In this document: piece by piece, positions 1 through 7,721 of the stretch | Numbering within the stretch: the stretch's first letter is position 1 | Layout of the letters: each line of letters begins with the position of its first letter | DNA from: an uncultured bacterium | GTDB lineage: Bacteria; Patescibacteriota; Minisyncoccia; Moranbacterales; UBA2206 | Reading direction: 5' to 3' | Assembly: GCA_903937035.1 (NCBI GenBank) | Contig: CAIZXS010000012.1 | Location: 18,314 to 82,313, forward strand | Length of the DNA stretch: 64,000 bases | Program-made: the position numbers and the translations under genes | Notes under the pieces: model-generated | The model's database searches: none | Seen by the model: only the letters and a program-made list of their open reading frames with translations | Told to the model about the DNA's origin: nothing

Positions 1-28
1 AAATTAATAAATAATAAATTTTAAACTA

Positions 29-1108
29 ATGGAAACAGAAAAAAAAGAGCCCACGGAGGCTGAGTGCTGTGAGAAGGGGACATGTGGTTGCGAAAAGTAT
101 AAGAAATTTATGCCAAAGATAATTGCGATTGCGCTTTTGGTTATTGCGGCAGGAGGATTTAGTTATTACAAATTAGTTTGGCAAAAACGCAATTTAAGCC
201 AAGCACAAGCAAAAACAAAGGTTGAGGATTTCATCAATAAGAATTTGATGCAGGGAGGAATGAAGGCTAATATAACTTCAGTTGCCAAAGAGAACGGAAT
301 GTTTAAAGTGATGGTAGAAATTGGTGAAGGTGCACAAAAGCAAGAAATAACTTCTTATCTATCAACCGATGGGTCCAAATTTTTTCCTAGCGTGATGGAT
401 ATTGCGGAAACGGAAAAGAAAATGGCTGATCAAAAACCAGCCGAAACTAAGCCTGCTGCAGAAATTCCTAAGACTGATAAGCCAACGGTAGAGCTTTTCG
501 TGATGAGCTATTGTCCATATGGAACTCAGATCGAAAAAGGTATCTTGCCAGTAGTGGATGCGCTTGGAGCGAAGATTGATTACACAATGAAATTTGTTAG
601 CTATGCAATGCATGAAAAGAAGGAAATTGACGAGAATTTGAAGCAATATTGTATCCAGAAGAACGAGCCTAAAAAGTTAAGCGCCTATCTTAAATGCTTT
701 TTAAAGGATGATACTAAGGCGGCTGACTGTCTAAAAACTACTCTGATTAATCCAACAACGCTTAGTAGCTGTATTGCTGCTACGGATAAGCAGTTTAAGA
801 TTACGGAAAGTTATAATGACAAAGCATCTTGGAGTAACGGAAGCTTCCCTCCTTTCAATGTTGATAAGGACGCTAATGATAAATATGGCGTAAAGGGTTC
901 CCCGACACTTGTGATCAATGGTGTTGAGGCTTCTGCTGCCGGACGAGACGCTGCTAGCCTTTTGAAAACTATCTGTTCTGGATTCAAGACTGCACCAAAG
1001 GAATGTTCAGTAACACTTTCAGCTACAGCTCCTGCACCAGGTTTTGGTGAGGGCGCTGCTCCTGCCGGAGGCGCTGCTCCTGCTGCTGGCGCTGCTTGCG
1101 GAAACTAG
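29..1108 (+). CDS. Membrane-anchored thioredoxin-fold (DsbA-like) protein with N-terminal Cys-rich segment and C-terminal Gly/Ala/Pro low-complexity tail
   Basis: ORF track. N-terminal CC..C.C cluster then one TM helix. Thioredoxin/DsbA-like stretch 'VELFVMSYCPYGTQIEKGILPVVDALG' with degenerate CxxC (CPYG). C-terminal APAPGFGEGAAPAGGAAPAAGAACGN low complexity. Confidence 0.4.
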   Translation: METEKKEPTEAECCEKGTCGCEKYKKFMPKIIAIALLVIAAGGFSYYKLVWQKRNLSQAQAKTKVEDFINKNLMQGGMKANITSVAKENGMFKVMVEIGEGAQKQEITSYLSTDGSKFFPSVMDIAETEKKMADQKPAETKPAAEIPKTDKPTVELFVMSYCPYGTQIEKGILPVVDALGAKIDYTMKFVSYAMHEKKEIDENLKQYCIQKNEPKKLSAYLKCFLKDDTKAADCLKTTLINPTTLSSCIAATDKQFKITESYNDKASWSNGSFPPFNVDKDANDKYGVKGSPTLVINGVEASAAGRDAASLLKTICSGFKTAPKECSVTLSATAPAPGFGEGAAPAGGAAPAAGAACGN

Positions 1109-1132
1109 ATTTGAAAGCTTAGTTTTAAGAAA

Positions 1133-1166
1133 GAAAAGTCCCGATTAGTCGGGACTTTTCTTGTTT
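1133..1166 (+). terminator. Rho-independent terminator after first gene (aaagtcccgattagtcgggacttttcttg)
   Basis: Perfect 9-bp stem GTCCCGA..TCGGGAC with 4-nt loop followed by a T-run. Confidence 0.7.
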
Positions 1167-1178
1167 GTTTAGAGATAC

Positions 1179-1216
1179 TTGACAGTGTTAATGTATCAAT
1201 GATAAAATAACACTGT
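1179..1216 (+). promoter_or_regulatory. Sigma70-type promoter (TTGACA ~18 nt TAAAAT) overlapped by inverted repeat ACAGTGTT-N19-AACACTGT; candidate LexA operator
   Basis: ttgaca at 1179-1184 and taaaat at 1204-1209. acagtgtt at 1182-1189 and aacactgt at 1209-1216 straddle the -35/-10, directly upstream of lexA. Confidence 0.4.
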
Positions 1217-1229
1217 AATTATTAAATTC

Positions 1230-1352
1230 ATCCCCCACCACTTTTTTACTCGCATTTACAATGCGGATAGGGGCTAGGTTTCAGGAATATTTATCACATG
1301 CACCGATTGTAATTGTGAATTAAAGTCCAAAAGTAAAAAAGTGGTGGGGGAT
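1230..1352 (+). promoter_or_regulatory. Long-range perfect 21-nt inverted repeat in the lexA 5' leader; right arm contains the SD (GGGGGA)
   Basis: atcccccaccacttttttact (1230-1250) and agtaaaaaagtggtgggggat (1332-1352) are exact reverse complements about 80 nt apart. The ATG is at 1360. Confidence 0.6.
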
Positions 1353-1359
1353 AAAAAAT

Positions 1360-2019
1360 ATGATTCTAACTGCAAAACAACAAAACATTCTCGAATCCAT
1401 CCGGGAATTAATCAGTCAGGGCAAAGAAAACCCAACTAGTTATCGTTTGCAAAAATTTCTGGAATCCCAAGGTGTGAAAGATAGTTTGAAATCAGTTATG
1501 CAGGTGATTGAGTCATTGGAAAAAAAGGATCTCATCAAGCGAGATAAGAACAAAAAAATTTATCTGATTGAAAACGAGAACTACACGAACTTCAAAAATA
1601 TTTTTTCTGTTCCAGTATACGGCCTGGCTTCTTGTGGAGAAGCTTTGGCTTATGCGCAGGATAATGTGGATGGCTTCTTGCAGATTTCTAAAGCACTTTT
1701 TCGCGATAAGGACGAATCGCTTTTGTTTGCAGTAAAGGCGCTTGGTGACTCGATGGATAAAGAAAAAATCAATGACGGAGACTATGTTATTTTTGAAAAA
1801 TATGAACATCAAGAAGAATTGGAAGGCAAAATTGTTGTTGCGGTGGTCAACGGCATGGCAACGATTAAGCGTTACAAGAAAGTCAGTGAGGATGTGATTG
1901 GACTTTTCCCAAAATCGACCAATCCGATTCATCAGCCGATTTTCATCCACAAATCCGATTCTTTCATTTTTGCGGGAATTTTCAGAAAAGTTTTGCCGGT
2001 GAAGTATGTCAGCCTATAA
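1360..2019 (+). CDS. lexA: LexA repressor (wHTH + S24 peptidase domain)
   Basis: N-terminus 'LTAKQQNILESIRELISQGKENPT' resembles E. coli LexA 'LTARQQEVFDLIRDHISQTG'. C-terminal S24 motifs 'ALGDSM' (Ser) and 'TIKRYKK' (Lys) with 'VVAVVNG'. Confidence 0.85.
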   Translation: MILTAKQQNILESIRELISQGKENPTSYRLQKFLESQGVKDSLKSVMQVIESLEKKDLIKRDKNKKIYLIENENYTNFKNIFSVPVYGLASCGEALAYAQDNVDGFLQISKALFRDKDESLLFAVKALGDSMDKEKINDGDYVIFEKYEHQEELEGKIVVAVVNGMATIKRYKKVSEDVIGLFPKSTNPIHQPIFIHKSDSFIFAGIFRKVLPVKYVSL

Positions 2020-2103
2020 ATTATAGGCTTGACAAAATGGCTTTTTTGACGCTATGGTTTAGCTAGATGGGTTTTTTAACATTTTTTCACAGGAGGTGGG
2101 AAT

Positions 2104-2355
2104 ATGGGATTTGCAAGTTTTAAAGTTGTGGTGTCGAGCTCTAAGAATTTATTTGAGCTTCTGGAAAGAGTCAAAAAAAATGATTTTGAGTTAGGGGGAA
2201 AAATTTCCTCCGCAAAAGTTGGGAAGCACATTAATATTAAGGAGCTTTCAAATGAAGAGACTATGAAAAAAGTCATTCTCATTGCCGGAGAGACTGTCAT
2301 TTTTTATTCTTCAATGCAAGAATTCTCAGTCGATGTTTTTCCTGACATGGTGTGA
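2104..2355 (+). CDS. Small hypothetical protein (83 aa), paralog of the next ORF
   Basis: Strong SD (aggaggtgggaatATG). Shares pattern VG..I.I..L......V.L..GE.VIFY....F..D with the downstream ORF. Confidence 0.55.
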   Translation: MGFASFKVVVSSSKNLFELLERVKKNDFELGGKISSAKVGKHINIKELSNEETMKKVILIAGETVIFYSSMQEFSVDVFPDMV

Positions 2356-2382
2356 AGCTTTAATATTTGAAAAGGAGGGTGC

Positions 2383-2622
2383 ATGGCGGATAGAATTGAA
2401 GGAGCGGTTCGTAATTCAAGGACCGCAAGTGCAGTCCTAGAAAATCTCAAAAAGACTAATCCTCTCGATCATGCAAGAGTTGGATCGATGGAGATTGGTT
2501 TTGGGAAGAACATTGATCTAAGATATCTTCCTGCCAGTGATTTTATTTTTGAGGGTGAGCGAGTAGTTTTTTACCCCAAGCCAGGCGAGTCTTTTATCGC
2601 AAGTTTCTTTATTGACAGATAA
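2383..2622 (+). CDS. Small hypothetical protein (79 aa), paralog of the previous ORF
   Basis: Strong SD (aaaggagggtgcATG). Motif similarity to ORF 2104-2355 ('GKNIDLRYL...EGERVVFYPKPGESFIASFFID'). Confidence 0.55.
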   Translation: MADRIEGAVRNSRTASAVLENLKKTNPLDHARVGSMEIGFGKNIDLRYLPASDFIFEGERVVFYPKPGESFIASFFIDR

Positions 2623-2640
2623 ATTCGGAAGACTCAATCA

Positions 2641-2699
2641 AAAGCCAATTTTGTTTTTAGTGTTATTTTAGCTAAAGCAAAATTGGCTTAATTTTTTTT
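2641..2699 (+). terminator. Rho-independent terminator (aaagccaattttg ... caaaattggctt + T-run)
   Basis: 12-bp stem with large loop followed by aattttttttg. Confidence 0.55.
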
Positions 2700-2761
2700 G
2701 ATTTGGCTTGCAGTGAAAGTCAAAAAGTTATAAACTGAAATATGCTAAAATATTTAAATTT

Positions 2762-5755
2762 ATGCAGGAAGAATTGATTATTCGCGGAGCGCGCGAACAC
2801 AATCTGAAAAATATTAACCTCAATTTACCAAGAGGTAAATTTGTTGTGTTTACTGGAATATCTGGTTCAGGGAAAAGTACGCTGGCTTTTGATACGATTT
2901 TTGCCGAGGGACAAAGACGCTATTTGGAAAGTCTTTCTAGCTATGCGCGGCAGTTTTTGGGTCAAATGGGAAAACCGGAAGTGGATTCGATTGAGGGCCT
3001 CAGTCCTGCGATTTCGATTGACCAAAAAGCCGCTTCACACAATCCGCGCTCAACTGTGGGCACAGTGACGGAAATTCATGACTATTTGCGCTTGCTTTAT
3101 GCGAAAATTGGCACCGCGCATTGTCCGATTTGCAACCGGGAAATCGTGAAACTTTCCACAGATGAGATTGTGGACAGAATTTTGAATATTTGTACGGAGG
3201 AGGGCAAGAAATCGGCCAAGGATAATTGTGCAATTGAAATTTTTTCTCCAATTGTGCGAGAGCGCAAAGGTGAATATTCCACGCTTTTGGAGGAGATGTT
3301 TCGGCGTGGTTTTTCCACTGCGTTTGTGAATGGAAAAAAGCATGTCCTGGATGAAAAGATTGGGACGCGGGTAAAATTGGAACGCTACAAAAAACATAAT
3401 ATTGACATTTTGGTCGACAAAGTGGAAATAAATTCAGAGAATATTTCACGGATTTTTGAAGGCGTCGAGCAGGCACTGAAACTTTCCAAGGGTATTGTCA
3501 GAATAAAATTTCAAAATCCTAATTTCCAATTTCAAACCAAATCCAAAGTTCAAAATTCTAATGACAAAAAAGATAAAGAAATAAAAAAAGTTAAGGATGG
3601 AGAAAAAGATAAAATCAGCGAGATGATTTTTAATCAGAATTTTTCTTGCCCGGTGCATGAGGTGGATTTTCCCGAGCTCGAGCCGCGTTTGTTTTCTTTC
3701 AATAGCCCGTTTGGGGCTTGTCCATCTTGCGAAGGCTTGGGCGTGAAAAAGGAAATTGATCCCGATTTGGTTGTACCGGATATGAATAAAACCATCGCCG
3801 AAGGTGGAATCATGCCATGGAGTTACAAAAAAAATAACTGGCAGGGGACGATTTTGCGGGCTGTTACTAACTTCTATCACATCCGCGACAACGTGCGTTT
3901 GCGTGATTTATCGGAAGATGATTTTAATACTTTGCTCTATGGTGGACCTGACGCTGAGGATATGATTTCCGAAGACGCGGCCGATGAAATCCCCGTGACT
4001 CTGCGCAGCAAAACCGGATCAAGTTGGAAGTATAATATGCGTTGGCGGGGAGTGGTTGGTTATCTGCAGGAGCGTTATCTCAAAACGGATTCGGAAGGCG
4101 TGCGCACTGACATTGAAAAATACATGTCGCAAAATCCTTGTTCGACTTGTCTCGGGTCACGCTATAAAAAAGAAGTCTTGCTTGTGACCGTGGGAAATAA
4201 AAATATCCAAGAAGTTTCCATGATCAGCGTGCGGGAGACTTTAGATTTTTTTCAGAAAATAAAGTTTAGTAAACGCGAAGAACTGATTGCGAGCAGAATT
4301 CTCAAGGAAATTCAAAATCGCTTGGGTTTTTTACAAGATGTTGGTCTCGGGTATCTCTCGCTTGGTCGCGCGGCGAACACCCTGGCCGGTGGAGAGTCGC
4401 AACGCATTCGATTGGCTTCGCAAATCGGCTCACAGCTCGTTGGCGTGCTCTATATCCTCGATGAGCCATCGATTGGTCTTCATGCTCGTGACAACGCCAA
4501 GTTGCTCGCTACGCTCTTGCAATTACGCGATGTGGGAAATACTTTGATTGTGGTGGAGCACGACGAAGAAACAATGCGCGCGGCGGATTATCTAGTGGAC
4601 ATTGGACCGGGAGCGGGAAAACATGGCGGAGAAATTGTAGCGGAAGGCTCACCCGAAGAAGTGTTGAAAAGTGAAAAATCCTTGACGGCTAAATATTTAC
4701 GCGGTGATTTGCAGATCGAAATTCCTAATTTTCGGCGACCTTTGAAAAACAAAAAAACACTCGTAGTGCGGGGAGCACGCGAGCATAATTTGCAAAATAT
4801 CACTGTGTCATTTCCATTGAAAGTTTTGACTTGTGTGACGGGCGTGTCTGGGTCAGGAAAATCTACGCTTGTGGAAGATATTCTCTATAAAGCCCTGTCG
4901 GCCAAAATTATGCGTTCCTTGGAGCGACCAGGTAAACATAGTGAAATTGTCGGCGATCATTATCTCAACAAAGTGATTATGATTGATCAGTCGCCGATTG
5001 GTCGCACGCCCAGATCGAATCCGGCGACCTACACGGGTCTGTTTACTGCCATTCGCGAACTATTCGCCGAAACGCGCGACGCCAAAGCGAAAGGTTATTT
5101 GCCGGGAAGATTTTCCTTTAATGTTAAAGGTGGACGTTGCGATAATTGTCAGGGTGATGGGTATAACAAAATTGAAATGCAGTTTATGCCGGATGTCTAT
5201 CTTCCCTGTGATGTTTGTGCTGGAAAAAGATATAATAGCGAAACGCTCAAAGTGAAGTATCGTGATAAAAATATTGCCGATGTACTAGCCCTGACCATTT
5301 CCGAAGCCCGCGAATTTTTTGCTAATTTTCACGACATCGCGGACAAACTGAAAGTTCTCGAAGATGTCGGCTTGGGCTACATTCAACTCGGCCAATCCGC
5401 CACGACACTTTCCGGGGGAGAGGCCCAACGCATCAAGCTTTCCACCGAACTTTCTAGGCGAGCGACAGGGGATACACTCTACATTTTAGACGAACCGACA
5501 ACTGGCTTGCATTTTGATGACATTAAAAAACTACTAGGCATTCTCAATCGCTTGGTTGATGCAGGAAATACGGTTATTGTTATTGAACATAATTTAGACG
5601 TAATCAAAACCGCCGATTGGATTATTGATCTGGGACCGGAAGGTGGTAAAGAAGGTGGAAAGGTAATTGTCAGTGGTACGCCGGAAGAGGTGGCGAAGTG
5701 GCATAAGGAGAGTTGGACGGGGAAATATTTGAAGGAAGTTTTGAATAAAAAATAA
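2762..5755 (+). CDS. uvrA: Excinuclease ABC subunit A (UvrA), full-length two-ABC-module form with a low-complexity insertion
   Basis: '[53 protein letters not shown]' with two Walker A motifs ([18 protein letters not shown]). Zn-finger Cys pairs and ABC signatures [16 protein letters not shown]. Lys/Asn/Gln-rich insert around residues 255-285. Confidence 0.95.
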   Translation: MQEELIIRGAREHNLKNINLNLPRGKFVVFTGISGSGKSTLAFDTIFAEGQRRYLESLSSYARQFLGQMGKPEVDSIEGLSPAISIDQKAASHNPRSTVGTVTEIHDYLRLLYAKIGTAHCPICNREIVKLSTDEIVDRILNICTEEGKKSAKDNCAIEIFSPIVRERKGEYSTLLEEMFRRGFSTAFVNGKKHVLDEKIGTRVKLERYKKHNIDILVDKVEINSENISRIFEGVEQALKLSKGIVRIKFQNPNFQFQTKSKVQNSNDKKDKEIKKVKDGEKDKISEMIFNQNFSCPVHEVDFPELEPRLFSFNSPFGACPSCEGLGVKKEIDPDLVVPDMNKTIAEGGIMPWSYKKNNWQGTILRAVTNFYHIRDNVRLRDLSEDDFNTLLYGGPDAEDMISEDAADEIPVTLRSKTGSSWKYNMRWRGVVGYLQERYLKTDSEGVRTDIEKYMSQNPCSTCLGSRYKKEVLLVTVGNKNIQEVSMISVRETLDFFQKIKFSKREELIASRILKEIQNRLGFLQDVGLGYLSLGRAANTLAGGESQRIRLASQIGSQLVGVLYILDEPSIGLHARDNAKLLATLLQLRDVGNTLIVVEHDEETMRAADYLVDIGPGAGKHGGEIVAEGSPEEVLKSEKSLTAKYLRGDLQIEIPNFRRPLKNKKTLVVRGAREHNLQNITVSFPLKVLTCVTGVSGSGKSTLVEDILYKALSAKIMRSLERPGKHSEIVGDHYLNKVIMIDQSPIGRTPRSNPATYTGLFTAIRELFAETRDAKAKGYLPGRFSFNVKGGRCDNCQGDGYNKIEMQFMPDVYLPCDVCAGKRYNSETLKVKYRDKNIADVLALTISEAREFFANFHDIADKLKVLEDVGLGYIQLGQSATTLSGGEAQRIKLSTELSRRATGDTLYILDEPTTGLHFDDIKKLLGILNRLVDAGNTVIVIEHNLDVIKTADWIIDLGPEGGKEGGKVIVSGTPEEVAKWHKESWTGKYLKEVLNKK

Positions 5756-5765
5756 CACAATAAAG

Positions 5766-5955
5766 TGTCATCCCTGCGACCGCGTGCCGCCTTAGCTTTA
5801 GCGGTGGAGCAAGGCGGGGATCCAGGCACCTCGGGTCATAAGAAAAGAAAAACGAGATTTACTGGTTAAAAAATAAAAGTTAGAAGATTTATAATTCGAT
5901 TTTCCAGGGCTTAAAACTAGTGGAACCTAGATTCCCGCCTCCGCGGGAATGACAG
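5766..5955. repeat. MITE-like palindromic element (~190 bp) with terminal inverted repeats TGTCATCCCTGCG / CGCGGGAATGACA
   Basis: Ends are near reverse complements. Internal mini-palindrome attcccgcctccgcgggaat (5932-5950) is the reverse complement of the copy at 48722-48741. GC-rich relative to surroundings. Confidence 0.6.
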
Positions 5956-6041
5956 AGATGAGGGTTTTCAGGGAAAAAATAAAAGGCAGAAGTTTCATGA
6001 CAATGTCATAAAATTTCTGCCTTCACAAGGGACTTTTTGAC

Positions 6042-6260
6042 TTAACATCGATGGCCATAAAACAAAAATGACCATAGTGACAGTATTATCCATGGCAGGT
6101 TAATTATAATAAATATGAACAGAGCAATCTTCCTTGTCTTGTTGCTATATTCACTATCATTAAACTGTTCGGCTAAAATTCCTACGTAGAGTCCATAGGG
6201 AAATCCAATTATCCATAGAAAGAAATAAGTTAGGACAAAAGTATTCAATAACGTGTTCAT
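6042..6260 (-). CDS. Small two-TM membrane protein (72 aa), hypothetical
   Basis: Strong SD on minus strand (gaaaggaggtaaaaaaacgcATG). Hydrophobic throughout. Confidence 0.5.
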   Translation of the reverse strand: MNTLLNTFVLTYFFLWIIGFPYGLYVGILAEQFNDSEYSNKTRKIALFIFIIINLPWIILSLWSFLFYGHRC

Positions 6261-6362
6261 GCGTTTTTTTACCTCCTTTCGTGGCTATATTTTTTCGTTT
6301 TTTCTAGCTTTTCTCATGTTGTTGTCAAAGAGGATATTGTAATGTAGCTTGTATCTATACAA

Positions 6363-7610
6363 ATGTCAACTACTAAAATTGCTAAAAAACTAAAAAGTCT
6401 GCCAACTTCTCCTGGTGTCTACATCTTCAAAAATGATGCGGAGGTTATTTTATATGTGGGAAAAGCGACGTCGCTAAAAGACAGGGTTTCGTCATATTTT
6501 CAAAGTCGCAGTGGCTATGCTCGGCCAATCGAGATGTTTATGGACCAAGTCGCGGATATTGAAGTTCGGAAAACAGAAACAGTCCTCGAGGCATATATTT
6601 TGGAGCAGGAACTGATCAAGAATTGGCAGCCGAAGTTTAATGTGGATGGAAAAGATGATAAATCATTTTCTTATGTTGCAATTACAAAAGAAGATTTTCC
6701 ACGCATATTATTTTTACGAAAAAGAGAGATAGATCAAGATAGCGAAATAAAATCAAAATTTAGCAAAATCTATGGGCCATATATCTCAAAGAAAAATATT
6801 GAAATCGCACTGAAGATTCTCAGAAAAATTTTTCCTTATCATTCCAAAGTGCAAAAAACAGAGAAGGGTTGTTTGGATTTTCAGATTGGACTTTGTCCTG
6901 GGCCGTATGCTGGGGCGATTTCGAAAGATGATTATGCGAAAAATATTAGGGGAATCAAGATGATTTTAGCGGGGAAGAAAAAAGGTCTTATTGCCAAGAT
7001 GAAAAAGGAAATGTCGGATCTGAGTGAGAAACAAGAATTTGAAAAGGCTGGGAAGGTGAGAAATGCGATTTTTGCGTTGCAGTATATTCGCGATATTGCA
7101 CTCGTGTCATATAGTATGAAACATGAAACATATAACAAAAATGCAAATACAAAATCATTTCGCATCGAGGGTTATGATATTTCGAATATTTCTGGACGGT
7201 CCAGTGTTGGGTCTATGGTTGTTTTTGATAATTCTCAAGGGGAAATGGTAGCGAACAAAAGTCAGTATCGCAAATTTAAAATTAAAACGGTGGAAGGTGC
7301 GAATGACACGGCTTCAATGGCGGAAATTTTGGGGCGCAGATTTGGGAATAATTGGCCGCGGCCAGATCTCATAATTTTAGACGGTGGACAAGGGCATCTC
7401 ACTGCTGTGAGGCGTGTGCTCAAGAATTTTCATCTGGAAATTCCACTGCTCGCTGTCGCCAAGGGACCAAAGCGCAAAAAACTAGACCGCTATGCTTTCG
7501 GCAGTGTGCCGGAAATTTCGGACGAAATCATCGAACGCGTCAGGGATGAGGCGCATCGGTTTGCGATTACGTATCATAAAAAATTGCGGGGGAAGAGTTT
7601 TATGGAATAG
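6363..7610 (+). CDS. uvrC: Short UvrC (GIY-YIG + UVR + RNase H-like endonuclease domains; no C-terminal (HhH)2 domain)
   Basis: 'PTSPGVYIFKNDAEVILYVGKATSLKDRVSSYF' is GIY-YIG. 'EFEKAGKVRNAIFALQYI' is the UVR motif. 'RIEGYDISNISGRSSVGSMVVF...YRKFKIK...DDTASMAEILGRRF' is the second nuclease domain. Ends right after the 'RFAITYHKKLR' motif. Confidence 0.8.
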   Translation: MSTTKIAKKLKSLPTSPGVYIFKNDAEVILYVGKATSLKDRVSSYFQSRSGYARPIEMFMDQVADIEVRKTETVLEAYILEQELIKNWQPKFNVDGKDDKSFSYVAITKEDFPRILFLRKREIDQDSEIKSKFSKIYGPYISKKNIEIALKILRKIFPYHSKVQKTEKGCLDFQIGLCPGPYAGAISKDDYAKNIRGIKMILAGKKKGLIAKMKKEMSDLSEKQEFEKAGKVRNAIFALQYIRDIALVSYSMKHETYNKNANTKSFRIEGYDISNISGRSSVGSMVVFDNSQGEMVANKSQYRKFKIKTVEGANDTASMAEILGRRFGNNWPRPDLIILDGGQGHLTAVRRVLKNFHLEIPLLAVAKGPKRKKLDRYAFGSVPEISDEIIERVRDEAHRFAITYHKKLRGKSFME

Positions 7611-7721
7611 TTCCAGAACTTACGCCTTTGTTGAAAAGTTTTCAGCTATAGAATCAGCTTTTACTTGTTGGCGAAAATATGGTATTATTTTAGTATGCTT
7701 TCGGTTTAAAATGACTATATT

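Noticed and set aside
29-1108. Assigning the first gene as a bona fide DsbA oxidoreductase
   Set aside because: The would-be active site is CPYG, not CxxC. Kept only as thioredoxin-fold-like with low confidence.
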